DNA of 64,000 nucleotides from an uncultured virus (IMG/VR IMGVR_UViG_3300046796_000566) (IMGVR_UViG_3300046796_000566), one strand, 5' to 3'; shown: positions 8,853 through 17,016, numbered from the stretch's first letter. Notes: generated by a model not told the origin, from the sequence alone. Made by a program: numbers and translations.

Positions 8853-9614
8853 TTAACGCCACTTCTTGTCGGAGGCCTTCTTCGGCATAGCCACCTTTGG
8901 CGGCTGTGGGACCTGGCCTGCGGGAGGGTTATTGTCCACCTTCACATGCATCCCCGCAGAAGCTCGGATCAGCACGTCATCTTTGGTAGCATCCACCGTG
9001 AACGACGACCTTGATCCACGGACGGCACTCGCCCCGATCTTGTTGGACATCATCGCCATGGCTGCATAGGTCTGGCCTGCCATTCCCTTGGAATATGTCG
9101 CAGTCGACCCCACGCCCACTCCGATTCCATGGGCATCGTCCCAAGTCTCTGGCTGCGTTCCTAGATAGGTGAACGTCCAGTCGCCTTCGTTCAGTTTGGC
9201 GTCAATCGCCTTGTTCAGTGAATCCTTGGTCCATTCCCGGCTCGCGTTTTCCTGCCCGTCGGTCACGATCACGCACAGAATTTTCTCCGCATCATGACGA
9301 TCCTTGCTGATCGCATCGATGGTCATACCCACCGCATCATAGAGCGCGGTGCCACCGCGAGGACCATGGTTCGCCAATTCCACGCCCGTCACTTCTGTCA
9401 GCGGTTTTCCAACTATCGGGGCTTCAATCCGCGTATCAAATGTCGTCAGCGAGAACCGGTATTCGATCCCATCCTCAATCTCGCCTTTCTTCAATCCTTC
9501 AATGAACACCTTGTAGCCATTCAAAGTTTCCATCCAGCCATCAGCCATGGATCCAGATCGGTCCTGAATGAATGCCACCAATACCTTCTTCTTGTCTGCC
9601 ACTGTTACCTCCAT
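8853..9614 (-). CDS. von Willebrand factor A (vWA) domain protein
   Basis: MIDAS motif DRSGS, GGTALYDA, IVTDGQENAS; true start may be GTG 9602 after GGAGG. Confidence 0.9.
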   Translation of the reverse strand: MEVTVADKKKVLVAFIQDRSGSMADGWMETLNGYKVFIEGLKKGEIEDGIEYRFSLTTFDTRIEAPIVGKPLTEVTGVELANHGPRGGTALYDAVGMTIDAISKDRHDAEKILCVIVTDGQENASREWTKDSLNKAIDAKLNEGDWTFTYLGTQPETWDDAHGIGVGVGSTATYSKGMAGQTYAAMAMMSNKIGASAVRGSRSSFTVDATKDDVLIRASAGMHVKVDNNPPAGQVPQPPKVAMPKKASDKKWR

Positions 9615-9793
9615 CGATAAACGGTTTGTCGTTCGATACCAAGATAGGCCAGCACTTTCGGCCCGATATCGCGCTTACCGGCGTAGATGTCCGATAGATA
9701 GACGGGGGAAATTCCGACCGTCGATGCGAATGAGTTTTGTGTGCTGGTCCCCTGGCGCTTCTTTAACTCGCGAAGGACCCTCTTCTTGTCCAT
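9605..9793 (-). CDS. XRE-family helix-turn-helix regulator, leaderless
   Basis: TQNSFASTVGISPVYLSDIYAGKR. Confidence 0.85.
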   Translation of the reverse strand: MDKKRVLRELKKRQGTSTQNSFASTVGISPVYLSDIYAGKRDIGPKVLAYLGIERQTVYRWR

Positions 9794-9799
9794 GGAGAG

Positions 9800-9828
9800 A
9801 TATTAGCGGATACGCGAATATGCGTCAA
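9800..9828 (-). promoter_or_regulatory. Sigma70 promoter for leaderless HTH-vWA unit
   Basis: TTGACG-N17-TAATAT, 6 nt before ATG 9793. Confidence 0.7.
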
Positions 9829-10712
9829 GCATATTCCTGCGAGGCCTCGTCACTCAGCTCTTCCCATCGGCGCTCGTAAGCTTCCTGTAGCGCGTCGGCG
9901 GAAATATCGGTGGCCTGCCACTCGACGGCAGGGCCGGTTTCGACTCGGGTTTCTCTGGTTTCAATACTAAACGTCCAGTTGTGGCCTGCCCAGATACTAA
10001 GTAGACAGGCTGTGGCGCGGTCGTCATGCCCTCCCGAAGCCGCCGCTCCTCGCAATCGAACCAGGTCCATCTCGCAGTCGGCGAATTCTTCCACAAGATA
10101 TGGGGACTTGAAGAGGAGCTGACGTCTGTGAATGCACCGTAGCCCACGGGTCCAGAGGTGCTGCATGGACTGCTTTGAAGAGTACCAGCCGTAATCGAAC
10201 TTGGAAGTTTCAGCGGGTGCGCCGGTATCGAGAAACTGCCATCGGTACATGTTTGTATAACCATACTTCTCCATCATGGTCCGCTGCGTGGGGCCGCCCG
10301 GACCAGGGTAGACTTCAACTATTGCGAGGGCTTGCCCATCTTCATTGCGCCCGCCATAAAGGCGTCCAAGCGTATTCGCAACTGTGGCGAGATCGTAAGG
10401 GTCGATGGGTGCCGCATATTCTGCGACCTGAACGTCAGGTGTGAACCCGGGATGCCCAGGCTCACCAGTTCCCAGCCTAATAACTTCAACAGCTCCATTG
10501 TCGATGTCGGAATCGTCTTCTGTGCGGTTGTAACGAGACCATCCGGTACGCCCCTGAGTAGCGTCCACACCCATGACGTATCGAGCTCTTGGATTTGGTG
10601 GTTCAAAGAGCCAGATGATTCCTCGTGGATCGCCATCGTAAACCTCCTCGGTCGAACGAATGATGCGGTGCTTGCCGCTGACCCGGTACTCTGCCGGGGG
10701 AGCAATGCTCAT
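9825..10712 (-). CDS. Terminase large subunit, C-terminal RNase H-like nuclease domain (separate gene)
   Basis: YVMGVDATQG, ALAIVEVY, GYTNMYR, GHDDRATA. Confidence 0.85.
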   Translation of the reverse strand: MSIAPPAEYRVSGKHRIIRSTEEVYDGDPRGIIWLFEPPNPRARYVMGVDATQGRTGWSRYNRTEDDSDIDNGAVEVIRLGTGEPGHPGFTPDVQVAEYAAPIDPYDLATVANTLGRLYGGRNEDGQALAIVEVYPGPGGPTQRTMMEKYGYTNMYRWQFLDTGAPAETSKFDYGWYSSKQSMQHLWTRGLRCIHRRQLLFKSPYLVEEFADCEMDLVRLRGAAASGGHDDRATACLLSIWAGHNWTFSIETRETRVETGPAVEWQATDISADALQEAYERRWEELSDEASQEYA

Positions 10713-10906
10713 GTGCGTTCGAAATCGTTATGTCGGCGTATTTGGCCTGTCGCCCTGTCATCCCGGAATGCTTGCAGCTGAACCCTTTGTTTCCGTATTC
10801 GGAAATTCAGTTTATGAACAAGCCCGCAATCACAGCACTGCATCTTAAAATTCTTTCGGACCGGTTGAATCCATTCCCCAGCCTTTGTTTTGTTGTACCA
10901 GCTCAT
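10709..10906 (-). CDS. Small Cys-containing protein inserted between the terminase halves
   Basis: 65 aa; CCDCGLVH; ATGA overlaps on both sides. Confidence 0.7.
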   Translation of the reverse strand: MSWYNKTKAGEWIQPVRKNFKMQCCDCGLVHKLNFRIRKQRVQLQAFRDDRATGQIRRHNDFERT

Positions 10907-12138
10907 AGTCCCTCGTATTCGTAAGCCACTCCGCCGCCGGAGGTGGTTCGCATCCAGTCCATTGTCGCCGCGTTGATGGCGGAAGTCGATGTGTGCTGGA
11001 AGCTCTGTTCGGGCGTGATGGAATAGTTGCTCAGGAACAGATTTAAGGAGTTGTTTTCCAGCGCTTCATTGTAGCTGGTTTCCCACCAGTGCATCTGTTC
11101 CCGGTCGAGCGTGACCTGCTTGCCAACGAATTCCTTGCTGGTGTTGAAGACTTTCCATGCCATCTCTTTCGTCTGCTCATTCGGGATCCAGGATTCCTCC
11201 GGATGACGGCGGTACTTTTTTGGCTCGGCGTAGAATGGGATATACAAGTACGCCCACCTCGGAATTTTTCCATGTCGTACGCGCTCGCTCCACTTGAACC
11301 ACCAGTTCTTCCTTCCAAGCGGTGTTGTCTCCTGAAGACTGAATGTGTATGGGTGCTGGGGCAAAGTCGGGAAGAAATCGATCTCCAGCATCTTCGGGTA
11401 GGGCCATGAACTCACCTCCGTATTGTGGTTGACGTCGAACTGGCGTCCGGTTCCGAGACCGGACTGTTGTTTGGATTGCTGGTAAAGGATCTTCGATCCC
11501 AGGCTCTCGAGCAGAATATGTTCGCCCTTCTTGTCGTAACCTCCGCCAGCGGATCCCCAACCGGCAGGCTGCAGGAAGAACGGCAGGTTGTCGAGGATCA
11601 ACTTGTCCCGGTCGTAGAGTTCGAGGATTTTATCGTCGTCGACGGATGCGGCCATACACCGGGTGTAAGGCCAGCCGACCATGCGGTGCATACAGATGGC
11701 GCGGGCCACCATCGTATGACCCAGCTGTCGGCCTCCCTTGTTGTCACAAACGAGAATCCCATCACAGGGATAACCACGTTCGAAGTAATCAATGTTTTTC
11801 TCCTCGAGTTTCGCAATCAGGTCGAGCAGGATCTTCTGCGCTTCCCACGGACGAAACACGCCAATACCGCCGCCTTCCACGCCGTCCTTGATGATAAGCA
11901 TGTAGCGCAGGGCGTAGTGGAAGTCCTGCTGGAACAGAATCCGTTCGTTGCGGATGAACGCGGCATGTTCCTTTTTTGCTATCGATCCGTCCGGAGAGAA
12001 AAGCTTGCCGTCTTTTTTGAGCGTGGTGAGATAGGCCGCCAGCTCCCGGGATTGATCCGGCTCGTAGCGATGGAGTTGGATATCGAGCTTGGCTTCGACC
12101 GCTTCGCAGTGCTTAGCCGTTACTGTCCTTGAATACAC
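10903..12138 (-). CDS. Terminase large subunit, N-terminal ATPase domain
   Basis: PWEAQ Q-motif; KGGRQLGHT Walker A variant; NHNTEVSSW Walker B region; ETTPLG motif III; YSITPEQSF. Confidence 0.85.
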   Translation of the reverse strand: MYSRTVTAKHCEAVEAKLDIQLHRYEPDQSRELAAYLTTLKKDGKLFSPDGSIAKKEHAAFIRNERILFQQDFHYALRYMLIIKDGVEGGGIGVFRPWEAQKILLDLIAKLEEKNIDYFERGYPCDGILVCDNKGGRQLGHTMVARAICMHRMVGWPYTRCMAASVDDDKILELYDRDKLILDNLPFFLQPAGWGSAGGGYDKKGEHILLESLGSKILYQQSKQQSGLGTGRQFDVNHNTEVSSWPYPKMLEIDFFPTLPQHPYTFSLQETTPLGRKNWWFKWSERVRHGKIPRWAYLYIPFYAEPKKYRRHPEESWIPNEQTKEMAWKVFNTSKEFVGKQVTLDREQMHWWETSYNEALENNSLNLFLSNYSITPEQSFQHTSTSAINAATMDWMRTTSGGGVAYEYEGL

Positions 12139-12400
12139 TTAGGCTCCCGGATTCTTCCGCTTCCCTGGCTTCGCGCTCTTCGAGTCGGCGGTACGCAGCG
12201 ATCTGCTCGCGGGCGTAATCTTCTTCCTCATCCACGTAGCCGATGCTCTCGGGCTCGGATACCACCGGAGGCTTGATCGTGATGTTGTAGCCACGGGCGG
12301 AAAGGTCCGATTCCATGCAAAATGCAATCCGCTCCAGGAGCGCCGAGATGGTCTTCAGTTCCCGGACCACGGGCTTTAACCGCATCATGTTGACGTTCAT
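12113..12400 (-). CDS. Hypothetical protein
   Basis: 95 aa, coupled within the packaging operon. Confidence 0.6.
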   Translation of the reverse strand: MNVNMMRLKPVVRELKTISALLERIAFCMESDLSARGYNITIKPPVVSEPESIGYVDEEEDYAREQIAAYRRLEEREAREAEESGSLSVFKDSNG

Positions 12401-13023
12401 TCCGTATCCTTTCGCTCGCCCATCGTGATGGTCTGGGTCAGCCGGAGCATGTCTTCCATCGAGGAATTCAGTCCCGCCGCGCCCTTGGATGCAAAGTTCT
12501 GCTGGATGGCCACCATCGGCCCGCGCTGGGAGGTCAGGCCCATGGATTCAAACACAAGGTCGCGGGCATGCTTGTCGCCCACCTGCCGGATATTTCCGGT
12601 ACCGTTGCACTGCGGACAGTTCTTCGGGTCCTTACTATCCAGCACGTAAATGGACTTATCGCCTTCGCAGCGCGGGCAGATGATGTCTTTGGATTCGGCA
12701 TCGACCGAGACATCTTCCATGATCTTGGGCAGGTGATTGGACATGGCAAACAGACCGATACTGCGCGACCCGTCGCGATAGAGGGAGTTGAGTTCATGGA
12801 GTGTGATTCCAAACTTCTCCATGATCTTGGCATAGGTCAGGTGGGCGTACTCGGCAGAGCGCAGGGCGGCGGCGAAGTTCATGTACTTATCGTTGCCCTC
12901 GAGAAACATATCCAGTTTCTCCAGGTCCACGGTTTCAAAGAACCGCCGAACGGGCAGGTCGTGATTGGGACGGGTCACCAGGTCTCGGTTATGCCGATCC
13001 TTCTTTTTTACTGGACTGGCCAT
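12397..13023 (-). CDS. Putative terminase small subunit with DnaJ-type zinc finger
   Basis: CPRCEGDK and CPQCNGTG; upstream of TerL; VAIQQNF C-terminal motif; start MASPVKK. Confidence 0.55.
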   Translation of the reverse strand: MASPVKKKDRHNRDLVTRPNHDLPVRRFFETVDLEKLDMFLEGNDKYMNFAAALRSAEYAHLTYAKIMEKFGITLHELNSLYRDGSRSIGLFAMSNHLPKIMEDVSVDAESKDIICPRCEGDKSIYVLDSKDPKNCPQCNGTGNIRQVGDKHARDLVFESMGLTSQRGPMVAIQQNFASKGAAGLNSSMEDMLRLTQTITMGERKDTE

Positions 13024-13507
13024 ATCGTTCCACGGGCGTTGTCGTGTCGGTCTCCACGTCGTAGACCTCGCGGCTTCGCTCATACCTTTCATGCCGGGCC
13101 GGTAGTGGCGGCTCGACGACGTATTCGATCTTCGGACCCGACGGCTTGGGGTCCACCAACACCCACATCACCGATGCCGTGTCCCGGCGTGGAACATACG
13201 GCACCGCGAGCATCCCGATAAAGTTATGAACATCCCCATTGAAGATTTTGTCCGCGATGGCGAGGTTGGATGGATGCGGCCCGATTCCGGACTGCTTCTC
13301 TGCGGTGGTCCATGGAGCCCAGTATGCCCAGCGGCCTGCCGGGTTTCCGTGAAGCACGGCAACGGCAATCCAGTGCCGCATCACACCGTCGGACCCGACG
13401 CCTTCATGGATCTGCCCCGCGAACGGATCCTCGGGAAGGTCTCCCAGTGGAGACCGGTCCACGGCATCCTGCGCCAGCTCCCACTCATGAATCTTAGGGT
13501 AGTCCAT
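12989..13507 (-). CDS. Hypothetical protein
   Basis: Likely start MDYPK. Confidence 0.55.
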   Translation of the reverse strand: MDYPKIHEWELAQDAVDRSPLGDLPEDPFAGQIHEGVGSDGVMRHWIAVAVLHGNPAGRWAYWAPWTTAEKQSGIGPHPSNLAIADKIFNGDVHNFIGMLAVPYVPRRDTASVMWVLVDPKPSGPKIEYVVEPPLPARHERYERSREVYDVETDTTTPVERYGQSSKKEGSA

Positions 13508-13868
13508 CCTCGTCTTCCTCCTTGGCCGGTGCCGCAAACCCGCCATGCTTCAGCTCCGCTTCCTTCAGCGGAATCCATGGCCCTTCCGGTGGCGGATGAT
13601 GCTCGGCAATGATCCTACTACAGGAATCGCACAGCACCTTGTGAATGCGGCCCCCGCGCCAGATTCCTCCATCAACCGGAATCAGGTCCGGGGGAGGCGA
13701 TAACGGGCCGCCCAGCGAACTGAACAATACCATACCCATGGTCCATGTTCTCGAACAGGCCGTATTCACGCACTTCACGCGATAGCGGAGCGGGCGCAGT
13801 GTGTGCTTGTTGATGGTCAAACAGGCCGGGCACTGCCAGAACACCTTGCCACGGATTTGCATGAACAT
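13494..13868 (-). CDS. Zinc-finger hypothetical protein
   Basis: CPAC, CVNTAC and CDSC; start overlaps the HNH stop (TGATG). Confidence 0.6.
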   Translation of the reverse strand: MFMQIRGKVFWQCPACLTINKHTLRPLRYRVKCVNTACSRTWTMGMVLFSSLGGPLSPPPDLIPVDGGIWRGGRIHKVLCDSCSRIIAEHHPPPEGPWIPLKEAELKHGGFAAPAKEEDEDGLP

Positions 13869-14233
13869 CAGCGCACCGCCTTGTCCAGCGATACCCACTT
13901 GTTTCGAAGCTTGTCCAATGTCAGGTCCTGGTTCTCCGGAAGGGAATGGTCCATCTCGAGAGGTCCCTTTTTGTGGTTGCAGGCCCAACATGCCAGCACG
14001 AAGTTTTCTTTTTGTTTGTCGGATCCACCAGCAACCAGCGAGATGACGTGATCGAGCGTACAGTCGTCGTACTTCAACTTCTTCTGGCAATAAGCGCAGG
14101 TGCCGTTGTCTCGCCAGAAGATGCGTTGGCGTAATCTTTTTTTCTTGCGCCGGGCTCGATGGACTTTCGGAACAGGCAGGCTTAAATGGTGGGCCTCAAT
14201 CATTCCAGATGTGAAGAAACCAAACATACTCAC
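13868..14233 (-). CDS. HNH endonuclease
   Basis: CAYC...TLDHVISLVAGG...NFVLACWACNHKKG. Confidence 0.9.
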   Translation of the reverse strand: MSMFGFFTSGMIEAHHLSLPVPKVHRARRKKKRLRQRIFWRDNGTCAYCQKKLKYDDCTLDHVISLVAGGSDKQKENFVLACWACNHKKGPLEMDHSLPENQDLTLDKLRNKWVSLDKAVR

Positions 14234-14245
14234 CTCAATGTATCA

Positions 14246-14317
14246 CGGAGCCGACGGGGATCGAACCCGCTTCACCCGGTAGACAGCCGGGTCGCTATGC
14301 CAATGGCGCACGACTCC
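14246..14317 (-). tRNA. tRNA-Asp(GTC), U37
   Basis: Cloverleaf; CCCGG-CTGTCTA-CCGGG. Confidence 0.9.
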
Positions 14318-14321
14318 AAAT

Positions 14322-14398
14322 TGGAAGCCCCGGAGAGACTCGAACTCTCAACTAATCCGTTCGAAGCGGAGTACTCTTGTCCATTGAGTTACGGGGCC
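14322..14398 (-). tRNA. tRNA-Arg(TCG), CCA encoded
   Basis: Anticodon loop CTTCGAA. Confidence 0.9.
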
Positions 14399-14402
14399 AA
14401 AA

Positions 14403-14491
14403 TGCAGTGGGAGGGATTCGAACCCCCAATGTCCGGGAATGCCGGATCAAGCTCTACAGGCTCGCGCATTCAACCATTTTGCTACCACTGC
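14403..14491 (-). tRNA. tRNA-Tyr(GTA), G37
   Basis: Loop CTGTAGA; long variable arm. Confidence 0.9.
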
Positions 14492-14493
14492 GA

Positions 14494-14574
14494 TAGGCTT
14501 GGAGGGACTTGAACCCCCACCTCCGAAGAGACTGGTTTCTAAGACCAGCGCGGCTCCCATTACGCCACAAGCCC
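14494..14574 (-). tRNA. tRNA-Leu(TAG), A37
   Basis: Loop CTTAGAA; variable arm present. Confidence 0.9.
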
Positions 14575-14578
14575 AAAA

Positions 14579-14670
14579 AGGAAGTGGAGAGATTCGAACT
14601 CCCAGTACGCACTTTCGAACGTACGCCAGTTTTCGAGACTGGTGACATTGTCCATTTCGTCCACACTTCC
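14579..14670 (-). tRNA. tRNA-Ser(CGA)
   Basis: Loop CTCGAAA; long variable arm. Confidence 0.9.
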
Positions 14671-14673
14671 AAA

Positions 14674-14745
14674 AGGTGCCGACAGGATTCGAGCCTGCAT
14701 GTAGACGATCTGCAATCGTCCGCCTCTCCATTCAGCCACGGCACC
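14674..14745 (-). tRNA. tRNA-Cys(GCA), G37, C54
   Basis: Loop TTGCAGA; U73; T-loop CTCGAAT. Confidence 0.85.
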
Positions 14746-14750
14746 AGAAA

Positions 14751-14834
14751 CGGAAGCGGCAGGACTCGAACCTGCACGACCTTTCGGTCGCTCCCTTAGC
14801 GGGGGAGTGCAATGGCCATTTCTGCCACGCTTCC
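14751..14834 (-). tRNA. tRNA-Ser(GCT), C33
   Basis: CTCCC-CCGCTAA-GGGAG; long variable arm; G73. Confidence 0.85.
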
Positions 14835-14838
14835 AAAG

Positions 14839-14911
14839 TATCCCCGGCAGGAGTTGAACCTGCAAATCATCCGTTTTGAGCGGAGTGCCTATGCCGTTCG
14901 GCTACGGGGAC
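14839..14911 (-). tRNA. tRNA-Leu(CAA) with short variable loop
   Basis: Loop CTCAAAA; 5-nt variable region. Confidence 0.85.
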
Positions 14912-14916
14912 GTAAA

Positions 14917-14990
14917 CTCCGAGGCCAGGACTCGAACCTGGATATCGTCTGGTTAACAGCCAGCTGCCGTGCCAATTTAGCTACCTCGGA
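14917..14990 (-). tRNA. tRNA-Asn(GTT)
   Basis: Loop CTGTTAA; G73. Confidence 0.9.
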
Positions 14991-14991
14991 A

Positions 14992-15065
14992 TCCCCATGG
15001 GTGGAATTGAACCACCTACTTCCTCTTTATCAGAGAGGCACTCTAGACCGGTGAGTTACACGGGG
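14992..15065 (-). tRNA. tRNA-Ile(GAT)
   Basis: Loop CTGATAA. Confidence 0.9.
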
Positions 15066-15244
15066 CTGTCTTCATCAAGCTTTCGTCCGCATTCTCCACA
15101 ATGCGTTCGTTCATACCAACGCTTCTGTTCATCCGCTTTCGGCTCCGAGCCATGCTTGTAATGACCGCCGGTATGCCCTTGTTCTCCCTGACAATTCATC
15201 CAGCCATCCTCATGGATTCGCGGCAAAATAAACGGACACTGCAT
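15056..15244 (-). CDS. Small Cys/His protein within tRNA array
   Basis: 62 aa filling an inter-tRNA gap; HCGECG. Confidence 0.55.
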   Translation of the reverse strand: MQCPFILPRIHEDGWMNCQGEQGHTGGHYKHGSEPKADEQKRWYERTHCGECGRKLDEDSPV

Positions 15245-15245
15245 A

Positions 15246-15319
15246 TACTCCTGATGGGATTCGAACCCACAGCCCTTGGATTAAAAGTCCATCGCACTTG
15301 CCAGTTGTGCTTCAGGAGT
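15246..15319 (-). tRNA. tRNA-Lys(TTT), A8
   Basis: Loop CTTTTAA. Confidence 0.9.
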
Positions 15320-15323
15320 CGAA

Positions 15324-15396
15324 AAGGAGCGACAGGATTCGAACCTGTATTGATCTGCTTCAAAGGCAGATGCCTTAGCCGTTAGACGACGCTCCT
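15324..15396 (-). tRNA. tRNA-Gln(TTG)
   Basis: Loop CTTTGAA. Confidence 0.9.
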
Positions 15397-15589
15397 AGAT
15401 TTCCTGGGGGATGTTCGCCATGTTCTCAATGGCGGCCACCAGGGCTTTCTTGACCTCGGCAATCGTGATGACGTTGCCACAGGTCTTACAAAAAATATCA
15501 TGAACCGGATCGATGATGATCTCCCCATCACACAATGCACACTGGGCCTCGAGCTCGATCTTCACATTCGCAGTCAGTTTCTTCCCCAT
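15395..15589 (-). CDS. Small zinc-ribbon protein within tRNA array
   Basis: Start MGKKL; CALC and CKTC. Confidence 0.6.
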   Translation of the reverse strand: MGKKLTANVKIELEAQCALCDGEIIIDPVHDIFCKTCGNVITIAEVKKALVAAIENMANIPQEI

Positions 15590-15591
15590 AA

Positions 15592-15662
15592 TATCCCGGG
15601 CGGGTACTGACCCCGCGTTCACAGCTTGAGGGGCTGGTGAATTTCCATTATTCGACCGGGAC
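15592..15662 (-). tRNA. tRNA-Glu(CTC), C33, degenerate T-loop (possibly pseudogene)
   Basis: Loop CCCTCAA; T-loop GTCAGTA. Confidence 0.65.
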
Positions 15663-15665
15663 GTA

Positions 15666-15738
15666 CTGCGGCGGAAGGACTCGAACCTTCAACATCTGGT
15701 TTCAGAGACCAGCGTTCCGCCAGTTGAACTACACCGCA
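15666..15738 (-). tRNA. tRNA-Gln(CTG)
   Basis: Loop CTCTGAA. Confidence 0.9.
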
Positions 15739-15810
15739 TAGCCTCGGCGGGGATTGAACCCGCTTTCGATGATTGAAAGTCATCTGAACTAACCAATGTT
15801 CGACGAGGCC
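15739..15810 (-). tRNA. tRNA-Glu(TTC)
   Basis: Loop CTTTCAA. Confidence 0.9.
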
Positions 15811-15816
15811 AGAAAA

Positions 15817-15886
15817 CATGGGTGGAGGGACTTGAACCCCCATCGGCTGTTTTGGAGACAGCGTGCCTGCCATTGGCGACACCCAT
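15817..15886 (-). tRNA. tRNA-Trp(CCA)
   Basis: Loop CTCCAAA; G73. Confidence 0.9.
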
Positions 15887-15890
15887 AAAG

Positions 15891-15961
15891 AGCGGGACAC
15901 CGGAATCGAACCGGTTTCTCCAGTTTGGAAGACTGGGGTTCAGCCAATAAACCAGTCCCGC
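15891..15961 (-). tRNA. tRNA-Gly(TCC)
   Basis: Loop CTTCCAA; GCG start; U73. Confidence 0.9.
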
Positions 15962-15964
15962 GTA

Positions 15965-16037
15965 TGCACCTGAGAGGATTTGAACCTCCTATCTTCAGAT
16001 TAAGAGTCTGCTGCACTGCCAATCGTGCTTCAGGTGC
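15965..16037 (-). tRNA. tRNA-Lys(CTT), A8
   Basis: Loop CTCTTAA. Confidence 0.9.
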
Positions 16038-16133
16038 GTGGTGGATCCTGTCCTGCCCTCATGGCCCGCCAGACAAGCCCCTAACGGTATCAAGCCGTTC
16101 TGCTCTATCGCGGATCAGGGCATCGAGCAGAAG
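16038..16133 (-). ncRNA. Unassigned structured element between tRNA-Phe and tRNA-Lys
   Basis: TTCTGCTC/GAGCAGAA stem; AACGG-CTTGATA-CCGTT anticodon-like hairpin; TGCCCT/AGGGCA pairing. Confidence 0.4.
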
Positions 16134-16206
16134 TCTCGCCGGAGGGACTTGAACCCACAACGCGCTCCTCTTCAGGGAGCCGCTCTACCATTGGAGCTAC
16201 AGCGAG
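16134..16206 (-). tRNA. tRNA-Phe(GAA), G37
   Basis: Loop CTGAAGA. Confidence 0.9.
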
Positions 16207-16214
16207 AAACAAAG

Positions 16215-16289
16215 ACGGATCGGCGGGAGTCGAACCCGCAAACCACTTCCTTCGCAGGGAAGCGCTCTATCCTTTTGAGCTACGACCCG
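16215..16289 (-). tRNA. tRNA-Arg(GCG), rare in bacteria
   Basis: CTTCC-CTGCGAA-GGAAG. Confidence 0.9.
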
Positions 16290-16295
16290 GAACAA

Positions 16296-16367
16296 AGCTC
16301 CAAGCCGGACTTGAACCGGCAACCCGCTGTTTACGGAACAGCTGCTCTGCCATTGAGCCATTGGAGC
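16296..16367 (-). tRNA. tRNA-Thr(CGT), C33
   Basis: GCTGT-TCCGTAA-ACAGC. Confidence 0.85.
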
Positions 16368-16371
16368 AAAG

Positions 16372-16443
16372 AGCCAGCGAGGAGACTTGAACTCCCATCG
16401 TGCAGTTTACAAGACTGCTGCTCTGCCTTGAAGCTACGCTGGC
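16372..16443 (-). tRNA. tRNA-Thr(TGT)
   Basis: Loop CTTGTAA. Confidence 0.9.
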
Positions 16444-16449
16444 AAACTA

Positions 16450-16493
16450 TACCGGTGGCCTTGCGACGAACCCAGACATGACCTGGCACCGGC
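16450..16493 (-). ncRNA. 44-nt mini tRNA-like element lacking a D-arm
   Basis: GCCGGTG/CACCGGT-A 7-bp stem; CCAG-GTCATGT-CTGG arm; GTTCG remnant. Confidence 0.35.
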
Positions 16494-16495
16494 TA

Positions 16496-16568
16496 TCGAC
16501 TCGGGAGGACTTGAACCTCCAATCATCCGCTTAGAAGGCGGAAGCCTTGTCCATTTGGCTACGAGCCG
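16496..16568 (-). tRNA. tRNA-Arg(TCT)
   Basis: Loop CTTCTAA. Confidence 0.9.
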
Positions 16569-16783
16569 TTTCTCAACTTAAATCTTCTATCCGTCTCTTC
16601 ATTGAACAGTCGAAGCCATCTTTGTTTCGTGCCTCTCGACTGATCCTTAAAAGCCCTGTTGAACGCTTTTTCAGAAACTCCTGCAAGAGCCCTGTTCTTC
16701 TCAAAAGACTCGTCACCAAACAGCTTCCGGACTCTATTGTCGTGTCTCCACATGACACGAAGCTTTCGATGCTTCCAACTCAT
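16559..16783 (-). CDS. Small basic protein within tRNA array
   Basis: 74 aa filling an inter-tRNA gap. Confidence 0.55.
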   Translation of the reverse strand: MSWKHRKLRVMWRHDNRVRKLFGDESFEKNRALAGVSEKAFNRAFKDQSRGTKQRWLRLFNEETDRRFKLRNGS

Positions 16784-16784
16784 A

Positions 16785-16857
16785 ATGCGCTGGCTGGATT
16801 CGAACCAGCAGTCGCCCCCTTAGGAGGGAGGCGCTTTGTCCGTTAAGCTACAGCGCA
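16785..16857 (-). tRNA. tRNA-Arg(CCT)
   Basis: Loop CTCCTAA. Confidence 0.9.
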
Positions 16858-16858
16858 G

Positions 16859-16934
16859 TCGGGACTCCGGGATTTGAACCCGGGCCTGCCGCGTTCCGAA
16901 CGCGGTGAGAAAAACCAGACTTCTCTAAGTCCCG
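16859..16934 (-). tRNA. tRNA-Pro(CGG), A37
   Basis: CCGCG-TTCGGAA-CGCGG; C1-G72; A73. Confidence 0.9.
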
Positions 16935-16937
16935 CAG

Positions 16938-17009
16938 TGGCAGAGACCGGAATCGAACCGGCGATACCCGAGTCCCAAGCTCGGTGGATACCCACTTTCC
17001 TACTCCGCC
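16938..17009 (-). tRNA. tRNA-Pro(TGG)
   Basis: Loop CTTGGGA. Confidence 0.85.
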
Positions 17010-17016
17010 CAAAGTC

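Noticed and set aside
15592..15662. Opal or selenocysteine tRNA (TCA in the loop)
   Set aside because: The loop CCCTCAA centres on CTC (Glu); there is no long variable arm or extended acceptor stem.
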